Shown here one piece after another: positions 31,503 through 40,747 of a stretch of DNA of 64,000 nucleotides. The DNA lies in contig CBDFJR010000002.1 in the NCBI GenBank assembly GCA_965248535.1, forward strand, positions 1,248,001 through 1,312,000, in the 5' to 3' direction. Numbering within the stretch: the stretch's first letter is position 1; each line of letters begins with the position of its first letter. Origin of the DNA: Phormidesmis sp. (GTDB lineage Bacteria; Cyanobacteriota; Cyanobacteriia; Leptolyngbyales; Leptolyngbyaceae). The position numbers and the translations under genes are program-made. Below the pieces are notes generated by a model. The model made no database searches. It had not been told where the DNA came from and saw only the letters and a program-made list of their open reading frames with translations.

Positions 31503-31591
31503 CGATCGGGCTTTTTTAGATAATCTAGACGAAGCCGGATTTAGTTTGAGTCAAATTAAGGTGTCAGGGCGAGTTCTTGAAGCATTGTAGT
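31503..31591 (+). pseudogene. Displaced duplicate 3' end of the TPR gene (direct repeat copy 2)
   Basis: Encodes DRAFLDNLDEAGFSLSQIKVSGRVLEAL*; 6 of 9 differences from copy 1 are synonymous. Confidence 0.85.
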
Positions 31592-31788
31592 GAGGCGATC
31601 GCTTCGAGTTGTTTGCAAGAGATCGTATCTAGAATTTAACGCTGGCGATCGTGAAGTTTGCGGCGACAGTTCGAGTTATCCGCAAGGAGTCGCTGGTTTC
31701 AGAGCTTGTGTTAGGTTTCGCAATGCTACACCAACCTGCCAGATCGGCGATCGCTCACAGCGTCTTTAAATAGGCTCGTCGAGATTTG

Positions 31789-32283
31789 TCAAGTCGGTTT
31801 TTTCACCACACATTGAATTGAACTGGGTACAGGAGATGAAAATTCTGAATACATGAAGACTTCGTTAGATATACGTCCAGACGTACTAGTGGTCACGAAG
31901 ATGGAATTATTACAGATTAGAGCTTTACGCTCATAAAGATAATCTGAGAAGTTTTTGCCAGGAGGCTTTCCTGTTTCTCCAATTCTGAGGATTAACCGAT
32001 AGCCTGTAGGAATAACGCGACGAAAGAAAATCCAATCATATTTGATGCGGGTAGCTTGTTCAATCCAAGCTTCACGGATAGGATAATCAGATTTTCCCCA
32101 ACGAATTACATTACTTTTCAGGGTTGGTTGAGAGATCAATACTTCGCGTATTCGAGCTTCAGTAATTGATTCAGTCATAAATCCTGGAGAATAATATTCA
32201 ACAACTATATTATTGACAAGTTGCATAACAACTAATATACCTACAAATATAGTGATAATTCCAGCAGCCACCTTGGACTTCAA
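31789..32283 (-). CDS. Hypothetical AT-rich protein with N-terminal TM helix (putative cassette gene)
   Basis: 164-aa ORF, TTG start with GAGG RBS; visibly AT-richer than flanks; no HIP1 seen. Confidence 0.6.
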   Translation of the reverse strand: MKSKVAAGIITIFVGILVVMQLVNNIVVEYYSPGFMTESITEARIREVLISQPTLKSNVIRWGKSDYPIREAWIEQATRIKYDWIFFRRVIPTGYRLILRIGETGKPPGKNFSDYLYERKALICNNSIFVTTSTSGRISNEVFMYSEFSSPVPSSIQCVVKKPT

Positions 32284-32398
32284 ATCACTACCTCAGCGAT
32301 AATATTAAGACAATTTAATTCTGAACACTGACAAGTATATTTTTAGCTAAGTCTTGATCAAAACTTGCGGCATAACTAAGCCTGTAATCTAAATACCG

Positions 32399-32548
32399 CA
32401 CTCGATTTTTGATGCGATCTCCCCAAGCCCTACAGCAGCTAGACAGTGTTTTCCTCAGCCTGAGCAGCTTGCATCTAAGCTAGTTTTCTAACCTACGATC
32501 GTCAAGCAAAACTCAGAATGAGAAGTTTTTCGGAACACACTTAGCAAC
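32399..32548 (-). repeat. Conserved non-coding leader element, copy 1
   Basis: Similar to 33883-34027 and 34964-35059; shared core acctacgatcgtcaagcaaaaytcagaatgag. Confidence 0.88.
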
Positions 32549-32634
32549 ACCCAACGGCTAAGTTGAGCGGCGGCTAGTGTCCTTTGCATCCTCACCAAAA
32601 TCTCTAGCCTGTCCGCGCCAACGTGCTGTTAGAC
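32549..32634 (-). mobile_element. Integron attC-like recombination site 1
   Basis: Minus strand GTCTAAC-AGCACGTTGGCGCGGACAGGC...TAGCCGCCGCTCAACTTAGCC-GTTGGGT: RYYYAAC/GTTRRRY boxes, 86-bp imperfect palindrome. Confidence 0.8.
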
Positions 32635-32788
32635 TGGGCTTTCGCGATAAGTTCACGACTCCTCTCCCGCCTTCCGCTTGCTGCTTTTGCAAATCAGCAA
32701 AGATAGCTTTCAAATCATGATTGAATGAACGAGAATATTCTTCACGAATTCTGTGGATCTCTTCGACAATCTCATCTTGAAACATCAT
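32558..32788 (-). CDS. Small protein downstream of PIN toxin (putative antitoxin); C-terminus reads into attC
   Basis: DEIVEEIHRIREEY..FNHDLKAIFADL; start overlaps PIN stop. Confidence 0.75.
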   Translation of the reverse strand: MMFQDEIVEEIHRIREEYSRSFNHDLKAIFADLQKQQAEGGRGVVNLSRKPSLTARWRGQARDFGEDAKDTSRRST

Positions 32789-33261
32789 TAACCTCCAAGA
32801 AGTTCATAGGGTGTACAAAGAATCGGCAACTCGTATCCCAAATCAAAACTGATTTCTGCCAATTTTCTCTGAATTTGAGCGTTGGCAATGTGCTTACAAT
32901 TCCAGGTCAGCAGGTAATCCATGCCGTGAACGGTTGCGGCTGCGATATGAATAGCGTCAACATCAGCTTTTGCGGGAAGGTTACTACGTCCCAAGAATTG
33001 TTCTGCTAAATCAAGTACAGACTGGTTCAAGTCGAGTAACGAAAAATTGCGAAGGATTTCTAGTCGTTGAGATGCGATCGCGGCATCGCCCTGAGAGGTT
33101 TCTTTCACGACTGCCTGAGAGGAATAGAGTTGGAAGTCGCTGCGGCGCGTATCCCACCACTCTCTCGTTATCTCAATACTTGCAGCCACAACAACGTCTC
33201 TGCTTGGTCGAGCAGTCAAGTAGCCTAAGATACTGGTTTCTATGTAGACGGTTTCACTCAT
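32788..33261 (-). CDS. PIN-domain (VapC-like) toxin
   Basis: VYIETSIL, DAIHIAAA, DYLLTWNCKHIANA. Confidence 0.88.
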   Translation of the reverse strand: MSETVYIETSILGYLTARPSRDVVVAASIEITREWWDTRRSDFQLYSSQAVVKETSQGDAAIASQRLEILRNFSLLDLNQSVLDLAEQFLGRSNLPAKADVDAIHIAAATVHGMDYLLTWNCKHIANAQIQRKLAEISFDLGYELPILCTPYELLGG

Positions 33262-33288
33262 ACCCAGCAAATCGCAAGCCTCTTGATT

Positions 33289-33645
<357 letters not shown>

Positions 33646-33656
33646 CTAACTTCCTT

Positions 33657-33798
33657 TTAGAGAGAAGGTTTCCGCATATCACACCAAAATGGGTGAATAG
33701 GCAGATGGCTTCTGCATAACACCCCAAACAAGGTAGATAGGCGGAATCTTTCTTCACAATACGCTCATGTGGATGGATAGAGGGATTCTTTCCGCACA
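33657..33798. repeat. Degenerate 40-bp-period tandem repeat next to a GTTAGAC core (33644-33650, minus)
   Basis: TTCyGCA-like motif at 33670, 33710, 33750, 33790; ATAG at 33697, 33737, 33777. Confidence 0.7.
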
Positions 33799-33882
33799 TT
33801 TTCAGATTGAGTCCGGCTGTCAATGCACAGGTTCCCTAGACCGGAGATGTTCGCTTTAGCACTGAACGTGCTGTGATTGCTA

Positions 33883-34027
33883 CACTCGATTTTGACGCGA
33901 TCGCCCCAAGCCCTACAGCAGTTAAACAGCATTTTTCGCAGCCAGAACAGCCTACATTTAATCGATTCTGACCTACGATCGTCAAGCAAAATTCAGAATG
34001 AGAAGTTTTCGTAATACAGTCAGCAAC
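33883..34027 (-). repeat. Conserved non-coding leader element, copy 2
   Basis: cactcgattttga.gcgatc.ccccaagccctacagcag...acctacgatcgtcaagcaaaattcagaatgagaagtttt...agcaacacc. Confidence 0.88.
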
Positions 34028-34114
34028 ACCTAACGGCTCAAATCAGCGGCGGCAGATAACCTTAAACTCACCACCAGAGGCTTTCAACCGTCTGCTGCAT
34101 TTGAATTGCTAGAC
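34028..34114 (-). mobile_element. Integron attC-like recombination site 2 (one mismatch in the R'' box)
   Basis: Minus strand GTCTAGC-AATTCAAATGCAGCAGACGG...CCGCCGCTGATTTGAGCC-GTTAGGT; 87 bp; TCAAAT.CAGC pairs with GCTGATTTGA. Confidence 0.75.
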
Positions 34115-34188
34115 CGTGCCAAGCCAACAGTTGGAGCCACTAAGTGCACCATGATAATATCAGACAAATCGTTTCGACCTTGAGAAAA

Positions 34189-34443
34189 ATGGGGCTACAG
34201 ATCTCAATTTCTGACTCTATTGTGCAAGCTCTTCGCTTACCAGAACCGCGTATTGAGCAGGAATTACGTCGAGAATTAGCCATTGCGCTCTATACACAAG
34301 ACATTCTCTCCTTTGGTAAAGCACGAGAATTAGCTGAGATGGATAAATATGAGTTTGGGCAACTGCTGGCTCTTCGTGGAGTAGTGCGGCATTACGGTTT
34401 TACAGAATTAGATGATGATTTAAGCTATGCCCGTAGTCAGTAA
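34189..34443 (+). CDS. UPF0175 family protein (putative antitoxin)
   Basis: LRRELAIALY...LSFGKARELA...LDDDL. Confidence 0.88.
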   Translation: MGLQISISDSIVQALRLPEPRIEQELRRELAIALYTQDILSFGKARELAEMDKYEFGQLLALRGVVRHYGFTELDDDLSYARSQ

Positions 34444-34906
34444 CACTTCACCAATTCTCAATCTGGCGATCGTAAATCAGCTTATCCTCTTGCATCAGCA
34501 GTTTGGTGAAATTCTGGTTCCAAATGCTGTGTTGGATGAGTTAAAAGTTAGTGAAGAGCGACCGGGTTCTCAAGCAATTCGTGAAGCAATTTCGTCGGGT
34601 TGGATTCAGAGTCAAGAGGTAAGGAACGAACCCCTTGCTCAACTTTTGAAGCAAACACTGGATCGAGGAGAAGCTGAAGCGATCGCCCTCGCCATTGAGC
34701 TTAGGGCAGATTGGACGCTTCTGGATGAGCGTGAAGGCAGAAAAGTTGCCAAGTCTCTAGGATTGAGAGTAACGGGAATTTTGGGGATTTTGCTTCGGGC
34801 TAAACAGCTAGGTGAGATCGAATCATTACAGCTTGTTATTGACGACTTGATAAACAAAGCTGGATTTCGGATTGCACCAGAACTATTGACTCAAATTCTG
34901 ATGTAG
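34427..34906 (+). CDS. DUF3368 PIN-like protein (putative toxin)
   Basis: VVSNTSPIL, LDRGEAEAIALA, LLDEREGR, VTGILGIL. Confidence 0.88.
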   Translation: MPVVSNTSPILNLAIVNQLILLHQQFGEILVPNAVLDELKVSEERPGSQAIREAISSGWIQSQEVRNEPLAQLLKQTLDRGEAEAIALAIELRADWTLLDEREGRKVAKSLGLRVTGILGILLRAKQLGEIESLQLVIDDLINKAGFRIAPELLTQILM

Positions 34907-34963
34907 TAAACTTTCATACATTTGGATAATTTATGATACTGGCGATGAGGACGGTTAGCACCT

Positions 34964-35059
34964 CGATCGCCACAGCAGTTAAACAGCGTTTTTCTCGGCT
35001 AGAACAGCCTACATTTAAGCGATTCTGACCTACGATCGTCAAGCAAAATTCAGAATGAG
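34964..35059 (-). repeat. Conserved non-coding leader element, copy 3 (truncated, starts at a HIP1-like site)
   Basis: cgatcgc-cacagcagttaaacagc...acctacgatcgtcaagcaaaattcagaatgag; ends about 8 bp before the GNAT ATG. Confidence 0.85.
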
Positions 35060-35067
35060 GCGCTTCA

Positions 35068-36255
35068 ATGGCTTCGGGTCAATTTGACTATCGCACATCA
35101 GCAGACTCTAGAGAAATGCAGCAGCTAGGATGGATTTTAGCGCAGTGCTTCAACAGTCCACCGATCCAGGAATCGGTCTACCTTAGCCGAATTGGGAGCG
35201 AAAACGTTCGCCTTCTCTACGATCGCGATCGCATAATCGGCGGACTGGGGCTGCTGCAACTAGGTCAGTGGTACGGTGGAGCGCGGGTGCCAATGGTCGG
35301 CATCGGTGCCGTAGGCATTGCGCCAGACTATCGGGGCAAAGGGGCCGCGATCGCGCTCATGCATAATGTGCTCAAAGAACTTCACACCACCGGAACGCCA
35401 CTTTCAGTCCTCTATTCGGCGGCTCAACCGCTCTACCGTAAAGCAGGCTATGAACAAGCTGGAACCCTCTGCACCTGGGAGATCCCCACTAGCAGCATTG
35501 AGCTTCGAGACGATGCCTTGCCGATCGAGCCAATTTCTCGCGACTCGACAGAGTTAGAGTTGGCGGCTCTTTATCCCCAGCAAGCCCGGTTAATCAACGG
35601 ACACCTCGATCGCAATGCTGCCATTTGGGAGGGGCTGCTAGACTGGCAAAAAGACGTTCCTCCCTATGCCTATCGACTGGGGACGGTAGTCCAGCCCGAA
35701 GGCTACGTCATTTTTCGGCAGCAGGGTGACGGCGATCACAGTCGGCTGGTGGTCAAAGATTGGATGCTGTCAACGCCTGCTGCGGTTCGACGATTTTGGT
35801 CGTTGATGGCGGCGCACCGTTCTCAAATTGAGATGATCGAGTGGCGAAGCGCCCCGATTGACCTGCTGACCCTCTTTTTACCAGAACAAAAGAAGTCCAA
35901 ACTACGATCGCTGACTCGCTGGATGCTGCGAATCGTCAACGTTCGGCAAGCCCTCGAAGCCCGCGGTTATCCGGCAGGCATTCAGGCCGAATTGCATCTT
36001 CAGATCCACGATCCGCAATTACCTGCCAACGAGGGCAAGCTCATTCTCACGGTCGCTGATGGCACTGGCACCGTTAGGCCTGGCGGACGAGGCGATTTGC
36101 AGCTTGAGGTCAGCAGTTTATCACCGCTCTATACCGGATTGTTTTCCCCGCAGCAGTTGCAAGGGTGCGATCGCTTAACGGCCACCGATTCTGCTCTGAC
36201 GATCGCGACTCAACTCTTTGCCGGGTCGCCTCCCTGGATGCCAGATACGTTTTAA
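35068..36255 (+). CDS. Eis-family GNAT acetyltransferase with C-terminal SCP2-like domain
   Basis: VGIAPDYRGKGAA, LYRKAGYE, MLRIVNV..ALEARGY, PWMPDTF. Confidence 0.85.
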   Translation: MASGQFDYRTSADSREMQQLGWILAQCFNSPPIQESVYLSRIGSENVRLLYDRDRIIGGLGLLQLGQWYGGARVPMVGIGAVGIAPDYRGKGAAIALMHNVLKELHTTGTPLSVLYSAAQPLYRKAGYEQAGTLCTWEIPTSSIELRDDALPIEPISRDSTELELAALYPQQARLINGHLDRNAAIWEGLLDWQKDVPPYAYRLGTVVQPEGYVIFRQQGDGDHSRLVVKDWMLSTPAAVRRFWSLMAAHRSQIEMIEWRSAPIDLLTLFLPEQKKSKLRSLTRWMLRIVNVRQALEARGYPAGIQAELHLQIHDPQLPANEGKLILTVADGTGTVRPGGRGDLQLEVSSLSPLYTGLFSPQQLQGCDRLTATDSALTIATQLFAGSPPWMPDTF

Positions 36256-36354
36256 CGCCTGTATGTTTATCCGATTAATTGTGATTTTAATAACAACCGG
36301 GGAACCCGTGTCTATGATATTCGTCTACGAGAAACGTTGTATAAAAGCTTCACC

Positions 36355-36903
36355 ATGCTAAGACCTCTTTTGTCTGGAGCGACGATCGCTAGTTTAACGA
36401 TCGTGGGCGGTCTAGGAATTTCTTCCGCCGCTCAAACCCGCGCCACCTTGACAAAACCGATACCAGCAGTGCCTTCTACAGCTTCGGTCAACTTGGTGGC
36501 TCAGGCAAACTTGACAACACAATCTCTTGAGCAAGCGGTCTACCAGCAAATTAATCAATATCGTGCCAGCAAGGGGCTTCCGGCTCTGACGATCGTTCCG
36601 GCTCTAACTCAGCAAGCCCGGCTCCACAGCCAAGATATGTCCACCGGAAAGATGCCCTTTGGTCATCAGGGGTTTGAGCAGCGAGTTAAAGAAATCGCCA
36701 AATCGGTTTCCTATCGTGGGGCTGCCGAAAACGTTGCCTACAACATCGGCTATCGAGACCCCGTAGACCAAGCGGTGCAGGGCTGGCTCAAAAGCCCAGG
36801 GCACTTGAAAAACATTCAGGGAAACTACGGGCTGACCGGGGTCGGGGTCAGTCGCAATGCCAAGGGAGAGATCTACTTTACGCAGATCTTTATTCGCAAA
36901 TAG
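36355..36903 (+). CDS. CAP/SCP domain secreted protein
   Basis: INQYRA, ARLHSQDM, AENVA, WLKSPGHLKNI, YFTQIF. Confidence 0.9.
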   Translation: MLRPLLSGATIASLTIVGGLGISSAAQTRATLTKPIPAVPSTASVNLVAQANLTTQSLEQAVYQQINQYRASKGLPALTIVPALTQQARLHSQDMSTGKMPFGHQGFEQRVKEIAKSVSYRGAAENVAYNIGYRDPVDQAVQGWLKSPGHLKNIQGNYGLTGVGVSRNAKGEIYFTQIFIRK

Positions 36904-36917
36904 GCAGAGGCATCACG

Positions 36918-36987
36918 GCTAAGGTTGCACCCTGGGAAGTCGTACTATGGGATTAAACGAACCCCATAGTACGACTTCCCACTTAGC
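36918..36987. promoter_or_regulatory. Long hairpin (19-bp perfect stem) just upstream of rnd
   Basis: tgggaagtcgtactatggg (36933-36951) / cccatagtacgacttccca (36963-36981), extended by gctaag/cttagc. Confidence 0.7.
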
Positions 36988-36991
36988 TTAA

Positions 36992-37621
36992 ATGGAACCT
37001 AAAGACTTTCTGATTTGTGACGGTGATCTACCCACAGCCTGGTTAGAGCGTTATTTAGAAACTGATGCGATCGCCGTTGACACTGAGACAATGGGCCTGT
37101 TGCCTCAGCGCGATCGCCTCTGTCTGGTGCAGTTGTGCGACGGCGACGATCGCGTGGCCGTCGTGCGAATTGCTCAAAAACAAACGGCTGCGCCCAATCT
37201 CAAACAGGTGCTAGAAGCCCCGGCGATTACCAAAATTTTTCACTTTGCGCGGTTTGACATCACCACCCTGCGCCACCATTTAGACATTCACGTTACGCCT
37301 TTGTTTTGTACTAAAATCGCCAGCAAACTAGCCCGCACCTACAGTCCTAAGCACGGCTTAAAAGATCTGGTTCAAGAACTAACGGGGGTAGAGCTAGACA
37401 AAAGCGCCCAAAGCTCAGACTGGGGAAACGCCGCCAATCTGTCAGAAACCCAACTGCGATACGCCGCCAACGATGTTCGTTATTTGATCAGCGCTCGTCA
37501 AAAACTAATCGCGATGCTAGAGCGAGAAGACCGTTTAGACCTGGCCGAACAGTGTTTTCAATGTCTACCAACGTTTAGCGAGTTAGATCTGATGCAGTAT
37601 CAGGGCATTTTTGAGCACTAG
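36992..37621 (+). CDS. rnd: Ribonuclease D-like 3'-5' exonuclease (DEDDy)
   Basis: AVDTETMGL, FHFARFD, QSSDW, YAANDV. Confidence 0.88.
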   Translation: MEPKDFLICDGDLPTAWLERYLETDAIAVDTETMGLLPQRDRLCLVQLCDGDDRVAVVRIAQKQTAAPNLKQVLEAPAITKIFHFARFDITTLRHHLDIHVTPLFCTKIASKLARTYSPKHGLKDLVQELTGVELDKSAQSSDWGNAANLSETQLRYAANDVRYLISARQKLIAMLEREDRLDLAEQCFQCLPTFSELDLMQYQGIFEH

Positions 37622-37659
37622 AATTGGGTGTACTTTAGGTGTGAAGACTTGCAACGTTA

Positions 37660-38355
37660 ATGCTGACTCCTGCAATCCCCAATCTTGACTTCCCGCAGCC
37701 TCAAACCTTCTCGGCGATTCTCTATGATCTCGATGGCACTCTGGCAAACACTGACCCGCTGCACTTTCAAGCGTGGCAAGAGTCTTTGCAGCCCTATGAC
37801 TTAGAGATTGACGAAACCTTTTATAAGCGCCACATTAGCGGGCGGTTAAACCCCGACATTGTGGCCGATTTGTTGCCTCAGTTGACCTGTGAAGCAAGTC
37901 AAGCATTTGTCGATCGTAAAGAATCCCGATTCCGATCGCTGGCTCTGCACCTCACTCCGATTGCAGGGTTGCCGCGGTTGCTAGATTGGGCCGCTCGCCG
38001 CCCGCTCAAGCAAGCTGTGGTCACCAATGCACCGGGCGACAATGCGCGATTTATGCTCAAAGCGCTCAACCTAGAATCTGTCTTTGATCACCTCGTGCTC
38101 TCTGAAGACTTAGCGGCTGGCAAACCCGATCCGCTTCCTTATCTCCATAGTTTGCAGCTATTTGGATTGCAGGCTAGTCAAGCGATCGCCTTTGAAGATT
38201 CTCCGTCAGGGGTGAGATCGGCCGTCGCTGCGGGAATTTTCACCATTGGCATTGCCTCGACTCAAGACCCAGCCGATCTCTATGAGGTGGGAGCCGCGAT
38301 CGTAGTGCCCGACTTTAACGCGCCTGACCTGTGGAAACGGTTAGAAGGTCTTTAG
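37660..38355 (+). CDS. HAD family phosphatase
   Basis: DLDGTL, VTNA, KPDP, FEDSPSG. Confidence 0.9.
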   Translation: MLTPAIPNLDFPQPQTFSAILYDLDGTLANTDPLHFQAWQESLQPYDLEIDETFYKRHISGRLNPDIVADLLPQLTCEASQAFVDRKESRFRSLALHLTPIAGLPRLLDWAARRPLKQAVVTNAPGDNARFMLKALNLESVFDHLVLSEDLAAGKPDPLPYLHSLQLFGLQASQAIAFEDSPSGVRSAVAAGIFTIGIASTQDPADLYEVGAAIVVPDFNAPDLWKRLEGL

Positions 38356-38547
38356 GATCGTGGATTAAATAACCTGTAAAAGTTCTCTGATTTTTCAGCG
38401 CCGGGATTTTAGCCCTTGTATCTTGAGAGTGTAGTAGAGGCTAAAGCCGACCGGAACGCAGCGACAAAGACGGGTGTACCGTAGCTCTTTAGGGCGATCC
38501 CATGCATGAATCCTCCCCCACTTGCCTACGGCGAAGTGGAGGTGTCT

Positions 38548-39690
38548 TTACGCGATAGACTGAGCTTGTGAGAGCCAGAGTATCGACAAAGTTACCGGGA
38601 TTCTCGGTGCATCCTGAGAACTTTTGCTCAGGAATACCTCACTGCCATTTCTGCGAGTGAGTTTGTAGAAGTGCCACTGGTGAAGAAGGCTAACGCTTTA
38701 TTGTGGCTTGGTCTTGCGACTTTTCCGCTTCCACCGTAGGCGTAGGCGCTGGTGTATTTGGGAATCACGTCATCGACAGATCCCCCAACCTCTCAAAACT
38801 TCTCTTCCGTGAAGGTTGCGATAGCGCGATGCAGCCATCCATTTGATGTTGGCACATTTGCGGTAGAGAGATTTGCAGAAACCTTTGTACAGGTTTTTAG
38901 TCTTCTTCGCCCTGGCTCTAATCCTTTGCAAGCGTTGATCACGGCGGTCTATGTCTCTTCCAGGGTGAATGAATTCACGATGGATTACAGTACCACTTGA
39001 ATTGATAGCCGTCACCGTTGCCGTTGTATTGATGCCTAAATCGACACTGACCACAACATCTTTATTCCCATACTGCTTATCGGGTTTAACCTCAAACGGA
39101 ACGGATAGATAAATGCTGCGATGATTGACGATTAGACTCGGTGAGCATTGCGTGTGAGTCTCTAGACCATGCCGTTTTCCCTGTTTTCCTAATGGGATTT
39201 CTACCCAGATCCAATCATTGCGATGAAAGACTTTAATCTCTACAGAGTTGGCGTGATACTTGATGCACTGACCCTTGTAGAGTGAGGGGTACACACCCGC
39301 TTCAGCATTCAGTCTGGGCGGTTTTGCCTGACGATGCTTTCTAATTCCTGATTGCCACTGAGCATATCGGGTGACGAAAGACAAAACCTGCCCTAGACAA
39401 AACGCAATAGCGCTGCGGCGATAGTAACTGGGGAACTTGGGGAATCTTTTCTCAAAATAAGCAGCGTACTTGGGAGCCGAATTTTGAGCAGTTCGGTGCA
39501 TCAGTTTTTCGACCTGTGGCACTTGCTGCTTTTGAGACAGAGAGCTTAAGTGATCCCAGTTAACGTAAATCACTCCAGTCAGCGCCCGAACGTAGGCTCT
39601 AAACGCAATCACGGTTGAACTGAGCGCCGATTTTGCGTCAGCACTGGGTTGTAATTCCCATCTGTCAGTTCTCATGATTGCGTTTTTCAT
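38548..39690 (-). pseudogene. tnpB: TnpB (RNA-guided nuclease) pseudogene with internal deletions and a nonsense codon
   Basis: RuvC-I VSVDLGIN present; after ...RKCANI the frame changes to GWLHRAIATFTEEKF*EVGG...YTSAYAY, then to ...KSSQDAPRIPVTLSILW; RuvC-II Glu and RuvC-III NAD segments not found. Confidence 0.82.
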
Positions 39691-39692
39691 GA

Positions 39693-39971
39693 CTAGATAA
39701 TGCTCAGAAAAGGGTGATTGAGCGGAACTGTCCACTCATTAAAATCAAACGACTTCATCGGATAGGGTTGATAGATTCCCCCAGACGAACCCTGCCTAGC
39801 CGTCAAGCAAACGTGAGTACCGTTGCACCATTTCACCCAGTACACCCGACCCGTGAACCGCACAACCCGACTTGAATAGTAAATCTCTTGAGGCGTTGGT
39901 TTGGGTGCAAGCTGTGGAGACATGAAGCCCGATGCTGGACGCAATGCTGTCCTATTTTGAGTAGCAACCAT
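39693..39971 (-). CDS. IS passenger ORF 2, hypothetical 92 aa
   Basis: AAGGA RBS then ATG 39971 (MVATQNRT...); stop 2 nt before the tnpB ATG. Confidence 0.55.
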   Translation of the reverse strand: MVATQNRTALRPASGFMSPQLAPKPTPQEIYYSSRVVRFTGRVYWVKWCNGTHVCLTARQGSSGGIYQPYPMKSFDFNEWTVPLNHPFLSII

Positions 39972-40030
39972 TTGTTTGTCCTTAAAACAGCGAAGCCAGC
40001 GCCCCCGGGTGCAGCGCTGGAAGGAGTTAG

Positions 40031-40198
40031 TTATTTTTTGGCTTCTTCGACAGCCTCTTTCTGAATGTCTTCCCACTCCTTGATCTTTTGGTCAGACTCC
40101 TCTTCGGTCGCGGGTCGTTCGTTTCCGTGTTCTTCGGTCACAAACTTTCCGCCCTCTCCGACATAAGTTCTGGCGTTATCGTCTTTTGGATCTGGCAT
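40031..40198 (-). CDS. IS passenger ORF 1, acidic 55-aa protein (not in ORF track)
   Basis: AGGAG RBS; MPDPKDDNARTYVGEGGKFVTEEHGNERPATEEESDQKIKEWEDIQKEAVEEAKK. Confidence 0.6.
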   Translation of the reverse strand: MPDPKDDNARTYVGEGGKFVTEEHGNERPATEEESDQKIKEWEDIQKEAVEEAKK

Positions 40199-40327
40199 GA
40201 TCAATTGGCTCCTAGTTCGGTATGTACGGACGTTGGGGAAGTCGTCTTAGTGGAGTGCTGAAATCACTTCACTGGGGCGCATCTCATCAGATGCTAGACT
40301 ATTAAAATAGTAACATAGTGTCTAGAG

Positions 40328-40747
40328 ATGTCAAGGAAGTTAAAGCATTACGCTCACGCTGTTTGCGGCATTCAGATTCATATAGTGTTTTGCACTAAGT
40401 ATCGTCATCCAGTGATCACGGAGGCGATAGAGTTACGACTGAAAGCAATCATAGAAAAACTCTGCACTACCCAAAAATGCGAATTGATTGAGGCGAAAGC
40501 AGACCTAGAAAAGCGTGACCACGTTCACTTACTTATAGAAATAGCGCCTGATATTGCCGTCTCAAAACTGGTTAATATTCTCAAAACAATCAGTAGCCGA
40601 GAACTTCGCAAGGAATTCGCAGAACACCTAAAGCCCTACTATTGGAAGCCTGTCTTTTGGAAGCGAGGGTATTGCGCCGTTTCGGCTGGCGGGGCATCCC
40701 TCGAAGCTCTAAAGCAGTACATAGAAAGTCAGGGATATGACGACTAG
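40328..40747 (+). CDS. tnpA: IS200/IS605 Y1 (HUH) transposase
   Basis: HIVFCTKYR, DHVHLL (HUH), FWKRGY, LKQYIESQ (catalytic Tyr). Confidence 0.95.
   Translation: MSRKLKHYAHAVCGIQIHIVFCTKYRHPVITEAIELRLKAIIEKLCTTQKCELIEAKADLEKRDHVHLLIEIAPDIAVSKLVNILKTISSRELRKEFAEHLKPYYWKPVFWKRGYCAVSAGGASLEALKQYIESQGYDD

Noticed and set aside
31634..31739. Third attC site (ACCTAAC...GTTAAAT on minus strand)
   Set aside because: Inner arms pair poorly with wrong spacing, and the box does not complement the upstream GTTATGC; 31710-31739 looks more like a degenerate GTAG-type REP. Left unresolved
33657..33798. 40-bp periodic repeat as a mini CRISPR array
   Set aside because: Units too degenerate, variable part under 20 bp, no cas genes
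38770..39735. Intact TnpB/Cas12f or a domesticated TldR-like regulator
   Set aside because: Deletions cause frameshifts plus a nonsense codon rather than clean catalytic substitutions; no CRISPR array
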